This document shows, in pieces, positions 6,285 through 15,153 of a stretch of 33,282 bases of DNA. Below the pieces are notes generated by a model. The model had not been told where the DNA came from, searched no databases, and was given only the letters and a program-made list of their open reading frames with translations. A program made the translations under genes and the position numbers. Origin of the DNA: a virus (taxonomy: Duplodnaviria > Caudoviricetes); IMG/VR virus record IMGVR_UViG_3300005512_000175, positions 1 through 33,282 of that record. One strand, given 5' to 3'. Within the stretch, counting starts at the first letter, position 1. Each line of letters starts with the position of its first letter.

Positions 6285-6946
6285 AAGAACAAGTTAAATT
6301 GGTTGCAATCACTCAAGGTGCTGGTGAATTAATTGAAAAGAATGCACAAGAAGTTATTTCCTACATTGCTAGGGTATCTAATCCAAATAACCAGTTGAAC
6401 TTTGATACTGCTGCTGGTTTGCTCAGATACTGTATTAAGCATGAGCACTGGTCTATTTTTGAACATGCGTTCATGACACTTGAGATTAATACCACTCGCA
6501 GTATCTCCCCGCAGATATTGCGTCATCGTAGCTTCACATTTCAGGAATTTTCGCAACGTTATGCTGATAGCACACAATTGGGAACTTTAGAGATTCCTGA
6601 ACTTCGTCGTCAGGATACTAAGAACAGGCAGAATTCTATTGATGATCTTGATGAATTTGAGAAGCAAAATGTAGAGAGGCAGATTCAAACGCTGTTTAGT
6701 TCTGCAGAAGCATTATATACTCAAATGCTTAATCGTGGTATTGCAAAGGAGTGTGCTCGTTCTGTGCTTCCTGCGGCAGTTCCTACTAGAATATACATGA
6801 CAGGTTCATGTCGTTCTTGGATCCATTATATATCTTTGCGTTCTGCTAATGGCACACAGAAGGAGCATATGGACATTGCCAATAATTGTAAGGTAGTATT
6901 TAATACTCAGTTCCCTACTGTTGCGGAAGCAATGGAATGGGTATAA
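6281..6946 (+). CDS. thyX: FAD-dependent thymidylate synthase
   Basis: HWSIFEH, the ThyX motif RHRSFTFQEFSQRY, and AKECARSVLP. Confidence 0.97.
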   Translation: MKEQVKLVAITQGAGELIEKNAQEVISYIARVSNPNNQLNFDTAAGLLRYCIKHEHWSIFEHAFMTLEINTTRSISPQILRHRSFTFQEFSQRYADSTQLGTLEIPELRRQDTKNRQNSIDDLDEFEKQNVERQIQTLFSSAEALYTQMLNRGIAKECARSVLPAAVPTRIYMTGSCRSWIHYISLRSANGTQKEHMDIANNCKVVFNTQFPTVAEAMEWV

Positions 6947-6949
6947 ATA
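6942..6949 (+). promoter_or_regulatory. T4-type late promoter
   Basis: TATAAATA 22 nt upstream of ATG 6972. Confidence 0.7.
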
Positions 6950-6971
6950 TTTGTACTATTAGATATATTTT

Positions 6972-7220
6972 ATGGCAACGTATCCTGTGATAAACACTGA
7001 GACTGGTGAGCAGAAAGAAGTAAAGATGAGCGTCCATGATTGGGACCAGTGGCGTACAGATAATCCAGACTGGACAAGAGACTATTCAGACCCTTCAACT
7101 ATTCCTGGCGTAGGAGAGGTTGGAGAAGTTTATGATAAATTGAAGAAGTCTCATCCAGGATGGAATGAAGTACTTCGCAAGGCATCCAAAATGCCTGGTT
7201 CCAACGTTCGCCCTGTCTAA
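6972..7220 (+). CDS. Conserved T4-like small protein (FmdB-like N-terminus without cysteines)
   Basis: MATYPVIN.ETGE...GWNEVL pattern; typically precedes phoH. Confidence 0.75.
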   Translation: MATYPVINTETGEQKEVKMSVHDWDQWRTDNPDWTRDYSDPSTIPGVGEVGEVYDKLKKSHPGWNEVLRKASKMPGSNVRPV

Positions 7221-7228
7221 AGTTTCTT

Positions 7229-7978
7229 ATGCCAGCAAAAAAATCAAAGTCACCTGTTCCATTTGGAATGAGTAATAAGCATATGAAAAGAAAGAAACCA
7301 ATTAATTCCGATCTGATGAAACAGATCGAACCTCTTACAAATAATCAAGAAGAACTCTTTCGTTGCTATAAAAATGATCAGAACCTAGTTGCTTATGGTG
7401 CAGCAGGCACTGGTAAAACATTCATTACATTGTATAATGCTCTAAAAGAAGTTCTTGATGTAAGATCACCATATGAAAAGATTTACTTAGTTAGATCACT
7501 TGTTGCTACTAGAGAGATTGGATTTCTTCCTGGAGATCATGAAGATAAATCTTCTCTTTATCAGATTCCATATAAAAATATGGTTAAATCTATGTTTGAA
7601 TTGCCTACGGAAGCAGACTTTGAGATGTTGTATGGCAACCTAAAGACACAAGGAACAATTTCATTTTGGTCCACATCATTTATTCGTGGAACTACATTGG
7701 ATAATGCTATCATTATTGTTGATGAGTTTCAGAACTTGAATTTTCATGAACTTGATAGTATTATTACTAGGGTTGGTGAAAATTCAAAAATCATGTTCTG
7801 TGGTGATGCTACTCAGACTGACCTAACAAAACAAAATGAAAAGAATGGAGTCATTGACTTCCTGAGAGTTCTTAGATTGATGCCATCTGTTGATCTGATT
7901 GAATTCAGTATCGAAGACATTGTACGCTCTGGACTTTGCAAAGAATACTTACTCGCGAAAGACGAACTTAATCTATGA
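7229..7978 (+). CDS. phoH: PhoH-family ATPase
   Basis: Walker A GAAGTGKT, IGFLPG, RGTTL, DEFQN and GDATQTDL. Confidence 0.96.
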   Translation: MPAKKSKSPVPFGMSNKHMKRKKPINSDLMKQIEPLTNNQEELFRCYKNDQNLVAYGAAGTGKTFITLYNALKEVLDVRSPYEKIYLVRSLVATREIGFLPGDHEDKSSLYQIPYKNMVKSMFELPTEADFEMLYGNLKTQGTISFWSTSFIRGTTLDNAIIIVDEFQNLNFHELDSIITRVGENSKIMFCGDATQTDLTKQNEKNGVIDFLRVLRLMPSVDLIEFSIEDIVRSGLCKEYLLAKDELNL

Positions 7979-8658
7979 ACTTTATTCATCATAATTACTT
8001 GGGTGACGTTGAACTAAACTGCAAAAACAAGAATGGCATCCGTCTCTATAACATTCCAAACGGAGACTGGGTGCCTTCTATTACTTCTGTAACTTCCTTT
8101 TATAACCGACAAGTATTTGTTGAGTGGAGAAAGAGAGTTGGTAATGAAGAAGCAGATCGTATCACAAAGAAAGCAACTGCACGGGGCACAGACTTCCATG
8201 AAGTTGCACAAGACTATATGCTCAATAAAGAACTGAACTGGGACAACTATCGTCCTCTATCTAAGTTTATGTTCTATCATTTGAAGCCAGAACTTGATAA
8301 GATAAATAACATACACGCTATTGAAAGAACGCTTTACTCTGAGTACCTTGGACTTGCAGGCAGAGTCGATTGTATTGCAGAGTATGAAGGAGAGTTAGCA
8401 GTCATAGACTTCAAGACTTCTGATAAAATCAAACCTGAGAAGTGGATTGAAAACTACTTCGTTCAGGAGATGTTCTATGCGTCTGCCTACTATGAAATGA
8501 CTGGTATCTCTGTCAAAAAACTTATCACTCTAATGGTTACACCTAGTGGAGAGATCAAGGTATTTGACAAAAGGAACAAGTCCGATTATATTAAGTTATT
8601 AGTTCGCTATATTAAAGAATTTGTATCTCACAATACTAGGACAACGAATGGAGAATGA
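7975..8658 (+). CDS. PD-(D/E)XK exonuclease (Cas4/RecB-like phage exonuclease)
   Basis: PSITSV, RGTDFH and AGRVDCIAEYEGELAVIDFKTS. Confidence 0.9.
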   Translation: MNFIHHNYLGDVELNCKNKNGIRLYNIPNGDWVPSITSVTSFYNRQVFVEWRKRVGNEEADRITKKATARGTDFHEVAQDYMLNKELNWDNYRPLSKFMFYHLKPELDKINNIHAIERTLYSEYLGLAGRVDCIAEYEGELAVIDFKTSDKIKPEKWIENYFVQEMFYASAYYEMTGISVKKLITLMVTPSGEIKVFDKRNKSDYIKLLVRYIKEFVSHNTRTTNGE

Positions 8659-8905
8659 ACTAGAAAAAGTATTAGAAAATAAATTTTTCTGCCCCTCCAA
8701 ATTTACACAGGAAATCGAAACTCTTGTGCAAGAAAACTCAGAAATGAGTTACATCGATGCTATCGTTCACTTCTGTGAAAAGAATAATATCGAAGTGGAA
8801 TCAGTTCCCAAACTGATTACAAAACCACTGAAAGAAAAGATAAAGTATGAAGCAATGGAACTCAACTTTCTTAAGAGGACCTCCCGTGCAAAATTGCCCA
8901 TTTGA
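8648..8905 (+). CDS. gp33: Late transcription coactivator gp33
   Basis: SYIDAIVHFCEKNNIEVESVPKLI..LKEKIKYEAMELNFL; synteny with gp59 and gp32. Confidence 0.92.
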   Translation: MENELEKVLENKFFCPSKFTQEIETLVQENSEMSYIDAIVHFCEKNNIEVESVPKLITKPLKEKIKYEAMELNFLKRTSRAKLPI

Positions 8906-8960
8906 TTCTATTTTTGTTTGAAAAAAATTTCCGGCAAAAATTTTCCCTATTGATTTTTTA
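8906..8960 (+). repeat. A-tract/GC-block intergenic element, with a related copy at 33196-33267
   Basis: TTTTGTTT..AAAAAAATTTCCGGCAAAAATTTTCCCTATT..TTTTTT then ATG. Confidence 0.55.
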
Positions 8961-9548
8961 ATGATGCCTTTTGACGCATATAAACAATACCTCTCTCTAA
9001 AGAATCATTTCACTAAAGAGAAGTATGACTACCACAAATATTGTGGTAAGAGTCGTGCTTCAGTGCAGTCTTTCTACAAGAGAAAAGATAGGTTTTGGTT
9101 TGAAAAATTAGCACGAAATAAGGACGATAAAGAAGTTGTTGAATTCTTTGTATCAAACCTTATTTCTTGCACTGATCCTAGTAAACTATGGATTGGGGAG
9201 ATGATGAGGGAAGGTGAAGGTAGATATACTGCCTGGAAGAAACGAACACAATCATTATCATATGTGTTCAAGCAAGAAATGGAAACTATTCTTGCGGACC
9301 ATAATTTAGACTCTGCTTTTTCAGGGTCTGGACATCCACCAGTTCTCAAACTGTACTTGAGTGGGGACATTTCACTTGAAACTCTAGTCATTTGTGATAG
9401 AATACTGGGGTATCGAAGCGATTTTGATAAAAAACTGACGGACCCGGTGTGGGAAACCGTCAGTCTTAGAATAAGGAAGTATTCTCCCTTTCTAAATATC
9501 GATGTATTTCGCTACAAAAAACTTCTCAGAAGTATCGCAACAAATTAG
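8961..9548 (+). CDS. gp59: Helicase loader gp59
   Basis: YLSLKNHFT..YDYHKY.GK...SFYKRKDRFWFEKL and ISLETL; lies between gp33 and gp32. Confidence 0.92.
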   Translation: MMPFDAYKQYLSLKNHFTKEKYDYHKYCGKSRASVQSFYKRKDRFWFEKLARNKDDKEVVEFFVSNLISCTDPSKLWIGEMMREGEGRYTAWKKRTQSLSYVFKQEMETILADHNLDSAFSGSGHPPVLKLYLSGDISLETLVICDRILGYRSDFDKKLTDPVWETVSLRIRKYSPFLNIDVFRYKKLLRSIATN

Positions 9549-9559
9549 GAGACACTATT

Positions 9560-9745
9560 ATGGCACTTGAAAATGCAGAGGTTCTTGAAAACCTCACAAA
9601 ACAGAAAGAGGAAATTGAACAGCAGATGGAATCTATGAGGGTTACATACCTGAAGATTCTTGGTGCTATCGATGCACTTTCTCAAATTGAAGAGAGTAAG
9701 AATGAACCTGAAGTCTCTGAGACAGAAGTGGTAGAAGAAGGATGA
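9560..9745 (+). CDS. Small coiled-coil hypothetical protein
   Basis: AGGAG SD; 61 aa. Confidence 0.8.
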   Translation: MALENAEVLENLTKQKEEIEQQMESMRVTYLKILGAIDALSQIEESKNEPEVSETEVVEEG

Positions 9746-10086
9746 GTTTCTTTGATTCCGATGTCGTCCGTGCAGAGATGACGGAGATTCAAGAACTTCA
9801 AGAAGACGTTTATCAAAACGTCTTCTCTTTTGCTACCATGAATAAGGAAGAGAAACTCTTCCATGTTCAAATGCTTGAGCGTTTACTTGAAAAGCAGAGA
9901 GTTTTATATACACGTATGAGTCTCTCTGATGATCCTGAAGCTAAAGAGATGAAGGATCGCATTATTGAATCTGCAAAACAAATGGGTCTTCCGCCTGATG
10001 TTGATATGAATGTCATCTTTGCAAACATGTCTAAAATGATTGTGATCATGAAACAACAGATTGACAACGGTGGCGCAGACCAGTAG
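9742..10086 (+). CDS. DUF1825-family protein
   Basis: MSFFDSDVVRAEM...RMSLSDDPEAKEM. Confidence 0.85.
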   Translation: MSFFDSDVVRAEMTEIQELQEDVYQNVFSFATMNKEEKLFHVQMLERLLEKQRVLYTRMSLSDDPEAKEMKDRIIESAKQMGLPPDVDMNVIFANMSKMIVIMKQQIDNGGADQ

Positions 10087-10089
10087 AAT
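10061..10089 (+). promoter_or_regulatory. Sigma70 promoter for gp32
   Basis: TTGACA(10061-10066)-17 nt-TAGAAT(10084-10089). Confidence 0.8.
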
Positions 10090-10133
10090 AACGAAGTACA
10101 CAAAAACCAAATCCAACTAATCCTAAAAATCCT

Positions 10134-11060
10134 ATGTCTTTCGCTAATCTTAAAAAGCAATCCTCTCTTGGTTCCTTGACTCAGAAACTGGTCAAGGAAG
10201 TAGAGAAGATGAATACAACTTCCGGTGGCGCTGATGAGCGTATCTGGAAACCTGAAATGGATAAGACCGGCAACGGTTATGCAGTTATCCGATTCCTTCC
10301 TGCTCCTGAAGGTGAAGAACTGCCTTGGGCAAAGATGTACTCCCACGCCTTCCAAGGTCCTGGTGGTTGGTACATTGAGAACTCACTGACTACCATTGGT
10401 GGTAAAGACCCTGTCTCTGAGCACAATCGTGAACTCTGGAACAGCGGTAACGAAGCAGATAAAGATACTGTTCGTAAGCAGAAGCGTAAACTGTCCTACT
10501 ATGCCAACATCTATGTTGTGCAGGACAAAGCAAATCCTCAGAATGAAGGTCAAGTCTTCCTCTACAAGTTTGGTAAGAAGATCTTTGATAAGATCATGGA
10601 AGCAATGCAACCTGAGTTCGAAGACGAAGAGGCAATCAACCCCTTTGATTTCTGGCAAGGTGCTAACTTCAAATTGAAGTTGAAGAAGGTTGCAGGTTAC
10701 TGGAACTATGATTCTTCTGAGTTTGACCGCGTGTCTCCTCTACTTGATGATGACGATGCTCTGGAAGCAGTATGGAAGCAACAGTATTCACTGACTGCTC
10801 TCACTGCTGCCGACCAGTTCAAGTCCTATGAGCAACTGGAGAATCGTCTGAAGATGGTTCTGGGGCAGAAGAAAGCACCTGCTCGCTATGATGAAGAACT
10901 TGATGATGAGAGTGAAGGTCGTGGTTCTTTCAAACCTGATTGGGCAGCAGATCGTCCAGGTGCAAAGGCAGACTTCAATGCACCAGACATTACTCCTACA
11001 CAGACTAGTGAGGATGAAGATGATGCTCTTTCATACTTCCAGCGTCTTGCTGAAGAATGA
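10134..11060 (+). CDS. gp32: Single-stranded DNA-binding protein gp32
   Basis: DKTGNGYAVIRFLP, WYIENSLTT, KFGKKIFDKI, NYDSSEF and an acidic C-terminus. Confidence 0.97.
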   Translation: MSFANLKKQSSLGSLTQKLVKEVEKMNTTSGGADERIWKPEMDKTGNGYAVIRFLPAPEGEELPWAKMYSHAFQGPGGWYIENSLTTIGGKDPVSEHNRELWNSGNEADKDTVRKQKRKLSYYANIYVVQDKANPQNEGQVFLYKFGKKIFDKIMEAMQPEFEDEEAINPFDFWQGANFKLKLKKVAGYWNYDSSEFDRVSPLLDDDDALEAVWKQQYSLTALTAADQFKSYEQLENRLKMVLGQKKAPARYDEELDDESEGRGSFKPDWAADRPGAKADFNAPDITPTQTSEDEDDALSYFQRLAEE

Positions 11061-11723
11061 TCAAGAATAAAGTCTAATATTATCTCCTCTCTTAAGGGTT
11101 TTACTCATGTACTGGGTAGAACCCTTTTCACATATCATGATTTCTTTGAGATCATCAATAGCAATAGTGATATAATCTTCTTTCAGTACAAAAATATTTC
11201 TTTTATCTTCCTGCAGTTTGTCTTCGTATTGAAGATTGGAAACAGGAACTGCAGGTGTTCTTCTGTTCGTGGTTTGAGAATCTACTTCGGTATAAAGGAA
11301 AGAGAAGTTTTGATCAACCTGAATACCAGCAGGAAATATAACTACTCCAGCATCATTCTTGATTTCTTTTGATTCATAATGATGAACGGCATTCAAATTT
11401 TCATACGAACCATACTTCTCTAGTAAGAAGTTATCATAGTTTTGTTGAGTCAGTGGCCATTCAGTTTGAATATTGATGATGTTATTTGATAGCAGAACAA
11501 TCCAATCTAGATTAGCATCATCATATAATTTCTTTGCAACATTATCTGGTCTCTCATCACCTTCAATCTTATACTTAGTAAAGACAGTAATGTCTTTGAA
11601 GATATCATCACGAAGATAACCCTTCTTGAAAAAGTTTTTTACTGGTGCATAATCAGATATCTTTGCACCAGGATACCTGCTAACATAATCAAAGTCTGAT
11701 AAGTAACTGAAGTAATTAGCCAT
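11061..11723 (-). CDS. gp53: Baseplate wedge subunit gp53
   Basis: ERPDNVAKKLY...WIVLLSNNI...EWP LysM-like region and HHYE. Confidence 0.9.
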   Translation of the reverse strand: MANYFSYLSDFDYVSRYPGAKISDYAPVKNFFKKGYLRDDIFKDITVFTKYKIEGDERPDNVAKKLYDDANLDWIVLLSNNIINIQTEWPLTQQNYDNFLLEKYGSYENLNAVHHYESKEIKNDAGVVIFPAGIQVDQNFSFLYTEVDSQTTNRRTPAVPVSNLQYEDKLQEDKRNIFVLKEDYITIAIDDLKEIMICEKGSTQYMSKTLKRGDNIRLYS

Positions 11724-12991
11724 TAGTAACCAACTCCTGAACCTGTATATTCGTCTTGATAGATTGGTATAATTTCTTGGAACTGCATTGTGATATCATA
11801 CCTTACAGGAATGTTATCAGTGAAACTCATAAAGGTATCATTTGGTGCATAATTTGTTGTTAGTCCTTTCAATGCACACAGTTTGAATTTGTTTAGGTAT
11901 GGATTGTCTCCACCACCTTTACCTATCACATAAGAAAGTTTGAACAAGTTAGGCGACTTCAAGAACAAGGTAGACTTTGTTCTTCTTGGTGCCATACTTG
12001 CCTTCAATGATCTGATAATATTTACTACTGTTTCTGCTTCATTAGAATCTCTAGGTGTTAATTCATAGGAGAAGTTGAAGTCTCTTAGGTTTGGATTGTT
12101 GAATAGTAGTTCAGTGTTTGGGTTGATGATTGCACCCTCTTGTCTTTGAAGAGCTCCTTTACCGATGCCTGTCGCACCTTCCACCAACATTGTTGAAACT
12201 ATTTTCTTTGCATCTTCAGAATTTTTACCAATATCATCTACAATTGCTCTTGCTCTGCCTTCAACACCACCAACATCACCTTTCATTCCTTTGATCATAA
12301 GGTCAGCAACTGCTGCATCAAGGGCAGTCATATCACCACTACTCCAACCAGCAGTGTTATTATCAGAAGCACCTCTGGGAACAGGTAAGAAAATAGTTGC
12401 TATTGGACTGCCTGTGGGTTCACCACTTCTACCACCATACAGACCTGTACCTAGACCACCAGGTTCATAATTAAGTATTTCAATTTTCAATGCTGCTTGA
12501 TCATCTGCCAGAGTTGTTGGATAATATAATGCTGAACCAGTGAGATTACCGATTGCACCCAGTTGATTACCTATGGCTTCAATTTCAAGACTTGAAGTTT
12601 TCGATTGGTCCGCAGTTTCATCAGGCACACCTTCTGTTGCTTCGGGTGAGTTTATACCAGAAAGACCTTCATCTGAAAGTTGTTTCCTGACAGCGGCAGA
12701 TGAATTTTCATTTATAATTTTTGCTCTATCTCTATCTGCTCTCCTCTGAAAATTCTCTGCAAAATAATCTTCAAACTCCGAGTCTGATAAAGTATCTCCT
12801 GTTACATTATTGAACTTTCTTCTAAATCTAGATCTTATATCCCAGGATCCATCAGTATTACCAGTCGCAGCAAGTTTTTCCTCACCATCAACAAAGATAT
12901 AAATCTCTGATTTTCCAGTGTCGGTATCTACTTTAGTTGTGGTTTGTATCGGAGGATCCCCGTAGGTCCTGCTGGATAAAACTGTCGCCAT
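11723..12991 (-). CDS. gp48: Baseplate tail-tube cap gp48
   Basis: IFLPVP, INPNTELLFNNPNLRDFNFSYELTPR and CAL...NYAP...MQFQE. Confidence 0.88.
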   Translation of the reverse strand: MATVLSSRTYGDPPIQTTTKVDTDTGKSEIYIFVDGEEKLAATGNTDGSWDIRSRFRRKFNNVTGDTLSDSEFEDYFAENFQRRADRDRAKIINENSSAAVRKQLSDEGLSGINSPEATEGVPDETADQSKTSSLEIEAIGNQLGAIGNLTGSALYYPTTLADDQAALKIEILNYEPGGLGTGLYGGRSGEPTGSPIATIFLPVPRGASDNNTAGWSSGDMTALDAAVADLMIKGMKGDVGGVEGRARAIVDDIGKNSEDAKKIVSTMLVEGATGIGKGALQRQEGAIINPNTELLFNNPNLRDFNFSYELTPRDSNEAETVVNIIRSLKASMAPRRTKSTLFLKSPNLFKLSYVIGKGGGDNPYLNKFKLCALKGLTTNYAPNDTFMSFTDNIPVRYDITMQFQEIIPIYQDEYTGSGVGY

Positions 12992-13007
12992 TACGCAGGT
13001 TTTTTAT

Positions 13008-13355
13008 TTATTTAGTGAGGATTTTTGCATAAGGTAATGCAAGTAAATCGTCTAGTTCTTGATTCTTTACTATGTATACCTGTCCCGCAAGTTCTTCCCA
13101 GGTATATCGTCTAGTTTCTCTCCAATGGAAGTTGATACCTTGAAATCCCCAAGGATATAATTCAGTTACAGCAACCAAAGGATGTTGATCATATGTTATA
13201 CCTTGAGTCTTTGCATTATATACAAAGGTACAGAACTGCCCTACGTCAGGTATTGGTGTGACTGTATCATTCAATGCTTCCATAATTAGAAGCATCAAAT
13301 CTTCTGGGTCATTAGTTTTGACGGTCTCTGGATAGATTGCTTCGATGCGGTTCAT
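13008..13355 (-). CDS. gp2: Short gp2-like DNA end-protector protein
   Basis: G.FCTFVYNAKT...YDQHPLV...GFQGINFHW resembles the gp2 core; lies next to gp4. Confidence 0.6.
   Translation of the reverse strand: MNRIEAIYPETVKTNDPEDLMLLIMEALNDTVTPIPDVGQFCTFVYNAKTQGITYDQHPLVAVTELYPWGFQGINFHWRETRRYTWEELAGQVYIVKNQELDDLLALPYAKILTK
13009..13015 (-). promoter_or_regulatory. Late promoter (CTAAATA variant) for gp48
   Basis: CTAAATA on the minus strand, 17 nt upstream of the gp48 ATG. Confidence 0.55.
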
Positions 13356-13783
13356 CTGTATTTGATACCCAGTTCGTCCTCTGTGATAATCTTGAACTCA
13401 ATTTTTCTATCATCACAAAAGTCTTTTGCTGCTTTCCACTTTGCCTGATTGACTGCATAGGTTTTCATCTCATACAGATTTTTTCTTTTAGGTGGTTTTG
13501 TTTCTCTTTTTGGTTTGACTTCTACCACATAAGTTTTGATAGTTCCTGTAGACTCTTTCACCTTCATTATAAAATCAGGAAAATATTTGTGAACTCTATT
13601 GTCTACAGGTGATAAGTATGGAATAAAAAACTCTTCACTTCCCCACTCTAAAACATTCTTTGTAAGATCACAATATCGACAAAAGACTCTCTCCCAATTA
13701 CTACGGCAGATGATATTGTTGGGGTTGCCCGCGTATTTTTCTGGGTATGATGGTTTGTAAATACTTTTGTAAGTTTTGGACAT
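13352..13783 (-). CDS. gp4: Head completion protein gp4 (TnsA-like PD-(D/E)XK fold)
   Basis: KY.GNPNNIICRSNWE, WGSEE, YFPDF, VEVKP, NQAKWKAA and ITEDEL. Confidence 0.92.
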   Translation of the reverse strand: MSKTYKSIYKPSYPEKYAGNPNNIICRSNWERVFCRYCDLTKNVLEWGSEEFFIPYLSPVDNRVHKYFPDFIMKVKESTGTIKTYVVEVKPKRETKPPKRKNLYEMKTYAVNQAKWKAAKDFCDDRKIEFKIITEDELGIKYR

Positions 13784-13805
13784 ACATAATATATACCAGT
13801 AATCT

Positions 13806-13812
13806 TATTTAG
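13806..13812 (-). promoter_or_regulatory. Late promoter (CTAAATA) for gp4
   Basis: CTAAATA on the minus strand, 22 nt upstream of the gp4 ATG, within the 29-nt divergent gap. Confidence 0.55.
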
Positions 13813-14385
13813 ATGACGAGACCAAGGTCAGTAGCAGACATCAAATCAAAATTATTACGACCAGCAACTACAAATCATTTTTCTGTGAACATCATTCTTC
13901 CTGAAGGATTGAGGGAAAGTTTACCCAGTTATAATCAAGATGATTTGAACTTGATGTGTTCCGATGCATCTCTTCCTGGTCATAGGTTAGCAACATTTGA
14001 AGCAACCAATGATAGGTATGGTGTTACTGAAAGACACGCATATAGAAAGGTCCACGACGATGAGATAAGTCTTTCATTCTATGTGGATGAAGAGAAGTAT
14101 CTTCCCATAAGAGTGTTTGAAAGTTGGATGGCATTTATTACAAACGAAGCTGATTTTTCAGGAAACTACAACTATTCATATAAGGTAAAGTATCCTATAG
14201 AATACAGAACCCTTATGGAAATATATAAATTTGAGAAAGATTATGATACCTCTGTGATGTATCAGTTCTATGATTGTTACCCAACTTCGATTGCATCGAC
14301 ACCAGTATCATATTCAGATCAGAATAGTCTGCTGAAATATACAGTTGGATTCTCTTATATCAAGTATAGAACATTCATACAATGA
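13813..14385 (+). CDS. Tail-tube-fold protein (gp19/gp54-like tube initiator)
   Basis: CSDASLPG, SFYVD...FESWM and CYPTSI...YTVGFSY tube-protein pattern; lies between gp4 and gp26. Confidence 0.75.
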   Translation: MTRPRSVADIKSKLLRPATTNHFSVNIILPEGLRESLPSYNQDDLNLMCSDASLPGHRLATFEATNDRYGVTERHAYRKVHDDEISLSFYVDEEKYLPIRVFESWMAFITNEADFSGNYNYSYKVKYPIEYRTLMEIYKFEKDYDTSVMYQFYDCYPTSIASTPVSYSDQNSLLKYTVGFSYIKYRTFIQ

Positions 14386-14387
14386 TA

Positions 14388-14394
14388 CTAAATA
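14388..14394 (+). promoter_or_regulatory. Late promoter (CTAAATA) for the gp26 operon
   Basis: CTAAATA in the intergenic gap upstream of ATG 14423. Confidence 0.55.
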
Positions 14395-14422
14395 AAATCA
14401 AATGAAATGTTTATAGGTCATT

Positions 14423-15142
14423 ATGCCTTTACCAAAGATTGCTACGCCAACTTATGAACTTGAGTTGCCTTCGACAGAAAAAACGATTAGATATAGACCC
14501 TTCCTTGTAAAAGAAGAGAAACTTCTTGTGATTGCATTAGAGAGTGAGGACAATAAGCAAATCACTACAGCAGTCAAGAGTGTTATTCAGAACTGTATTT
14601 TGACTAGAGGAATCAAAGTAGAGCAACTGCCTACGTTTGATATTGAATTCTTGTTTTTAAACATTCGCGGCAAGTCTGTTGGCGAAGAACTGGAAGTAAA
14701 TCTTATCTGTCCTGATGATGGTAAGACACAAGTATCTGTGTGGTTAGACCTGGATGATATCAAAGTATTCAAACCAGAAGGTCACGACAAGTGTATCAAA
14801 CTTGACGATACTATTGCAATGGAGATGAAGTATCCATCGTTGGAACAGTTTATCTCTAACAACTTTGACTTTACTGATAAGAATGCAATGGATCAATCGT
14901 TCGAATTGATCGCATCTTGTATTGATAAGGTGTTCACTGAAGAAGAGGTGTGGGCAGCAGCAGATTGTACCAAGAAAGAAATCAAAGAATTTGTTGAGTC
15001 AATGAACTCTTCCCAGTTCAAGAAGATTGAGAAGTTCTTTGAGACAATGCCTAAACTGTCTCATAAAATTACTATTAAGAACCCCAAGACTAAAGTAGAA
15101 AGTGATGTCATCCTGGAGGGACTTGCGTCTTTTTTCGCGTAG
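14423..15142 (+). CDS. gp26: Baseplate hub assembly protein gp26
   Basis: MPLPKI..PTYEL.LPS, YRPFLVKEEK, IRGKSVGE, MPKL and C-terminal EGLASFF. Confidence 0.9.
   Translation: MPLPKIATPTYELELPSTEKTIRYRPFLVKEEKLLVIALESEDNKQITTAVKSVIQNCILTRGIKVEQLPTFDIEFLFLNIRGKSVGEELEVNLICPDDGKTQVSVWLDLDDIKVFKPEGHDKCIKLDDTIAMEMKYPSLEQFISNNFDFTDKNAMDQSFELIASCIDKVFTEEEVWAAADCTKKEIKEFVESMNSSQFKKIEKFFETMPKLSHKITIKNPKTKVESDVILEGLASFFA
15130..15136 (+). other. Putative -1 ribosomal slippery heptamer T-TTT-TTC
   Basis: In-phase X-XXY-YYZ one codon before the gp26 stop; the -1 frame is open into gp51. Confidence 0.65.
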
Positions 15143-15153
15143 CCCTGATCCAT

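Noticed and set aside
6281-7978. Introns or inteins in thyX or phoH
   Set aside because: Both ORFs are continuous and of ordinary length
7975-8658. Cas4-like nuclease as evidence of a CRISPR system
   Set aside because: It is the usual cyanomyovirus exonuclease between phoH and gp33, with no 4-Cys Fe-S motif and no array
9867-10355. 162-aa minus-strand ORF across DUF1825 and gp32
   Set aside because: It is antisense to two well-supported genes and has no recognisable motifs
13352-13783. TnsA-like nuclease as a transposon or homing endonuclease
   Set aside because: Motifs and synteny fit head completion gp4; no other tns genes or element ends are present
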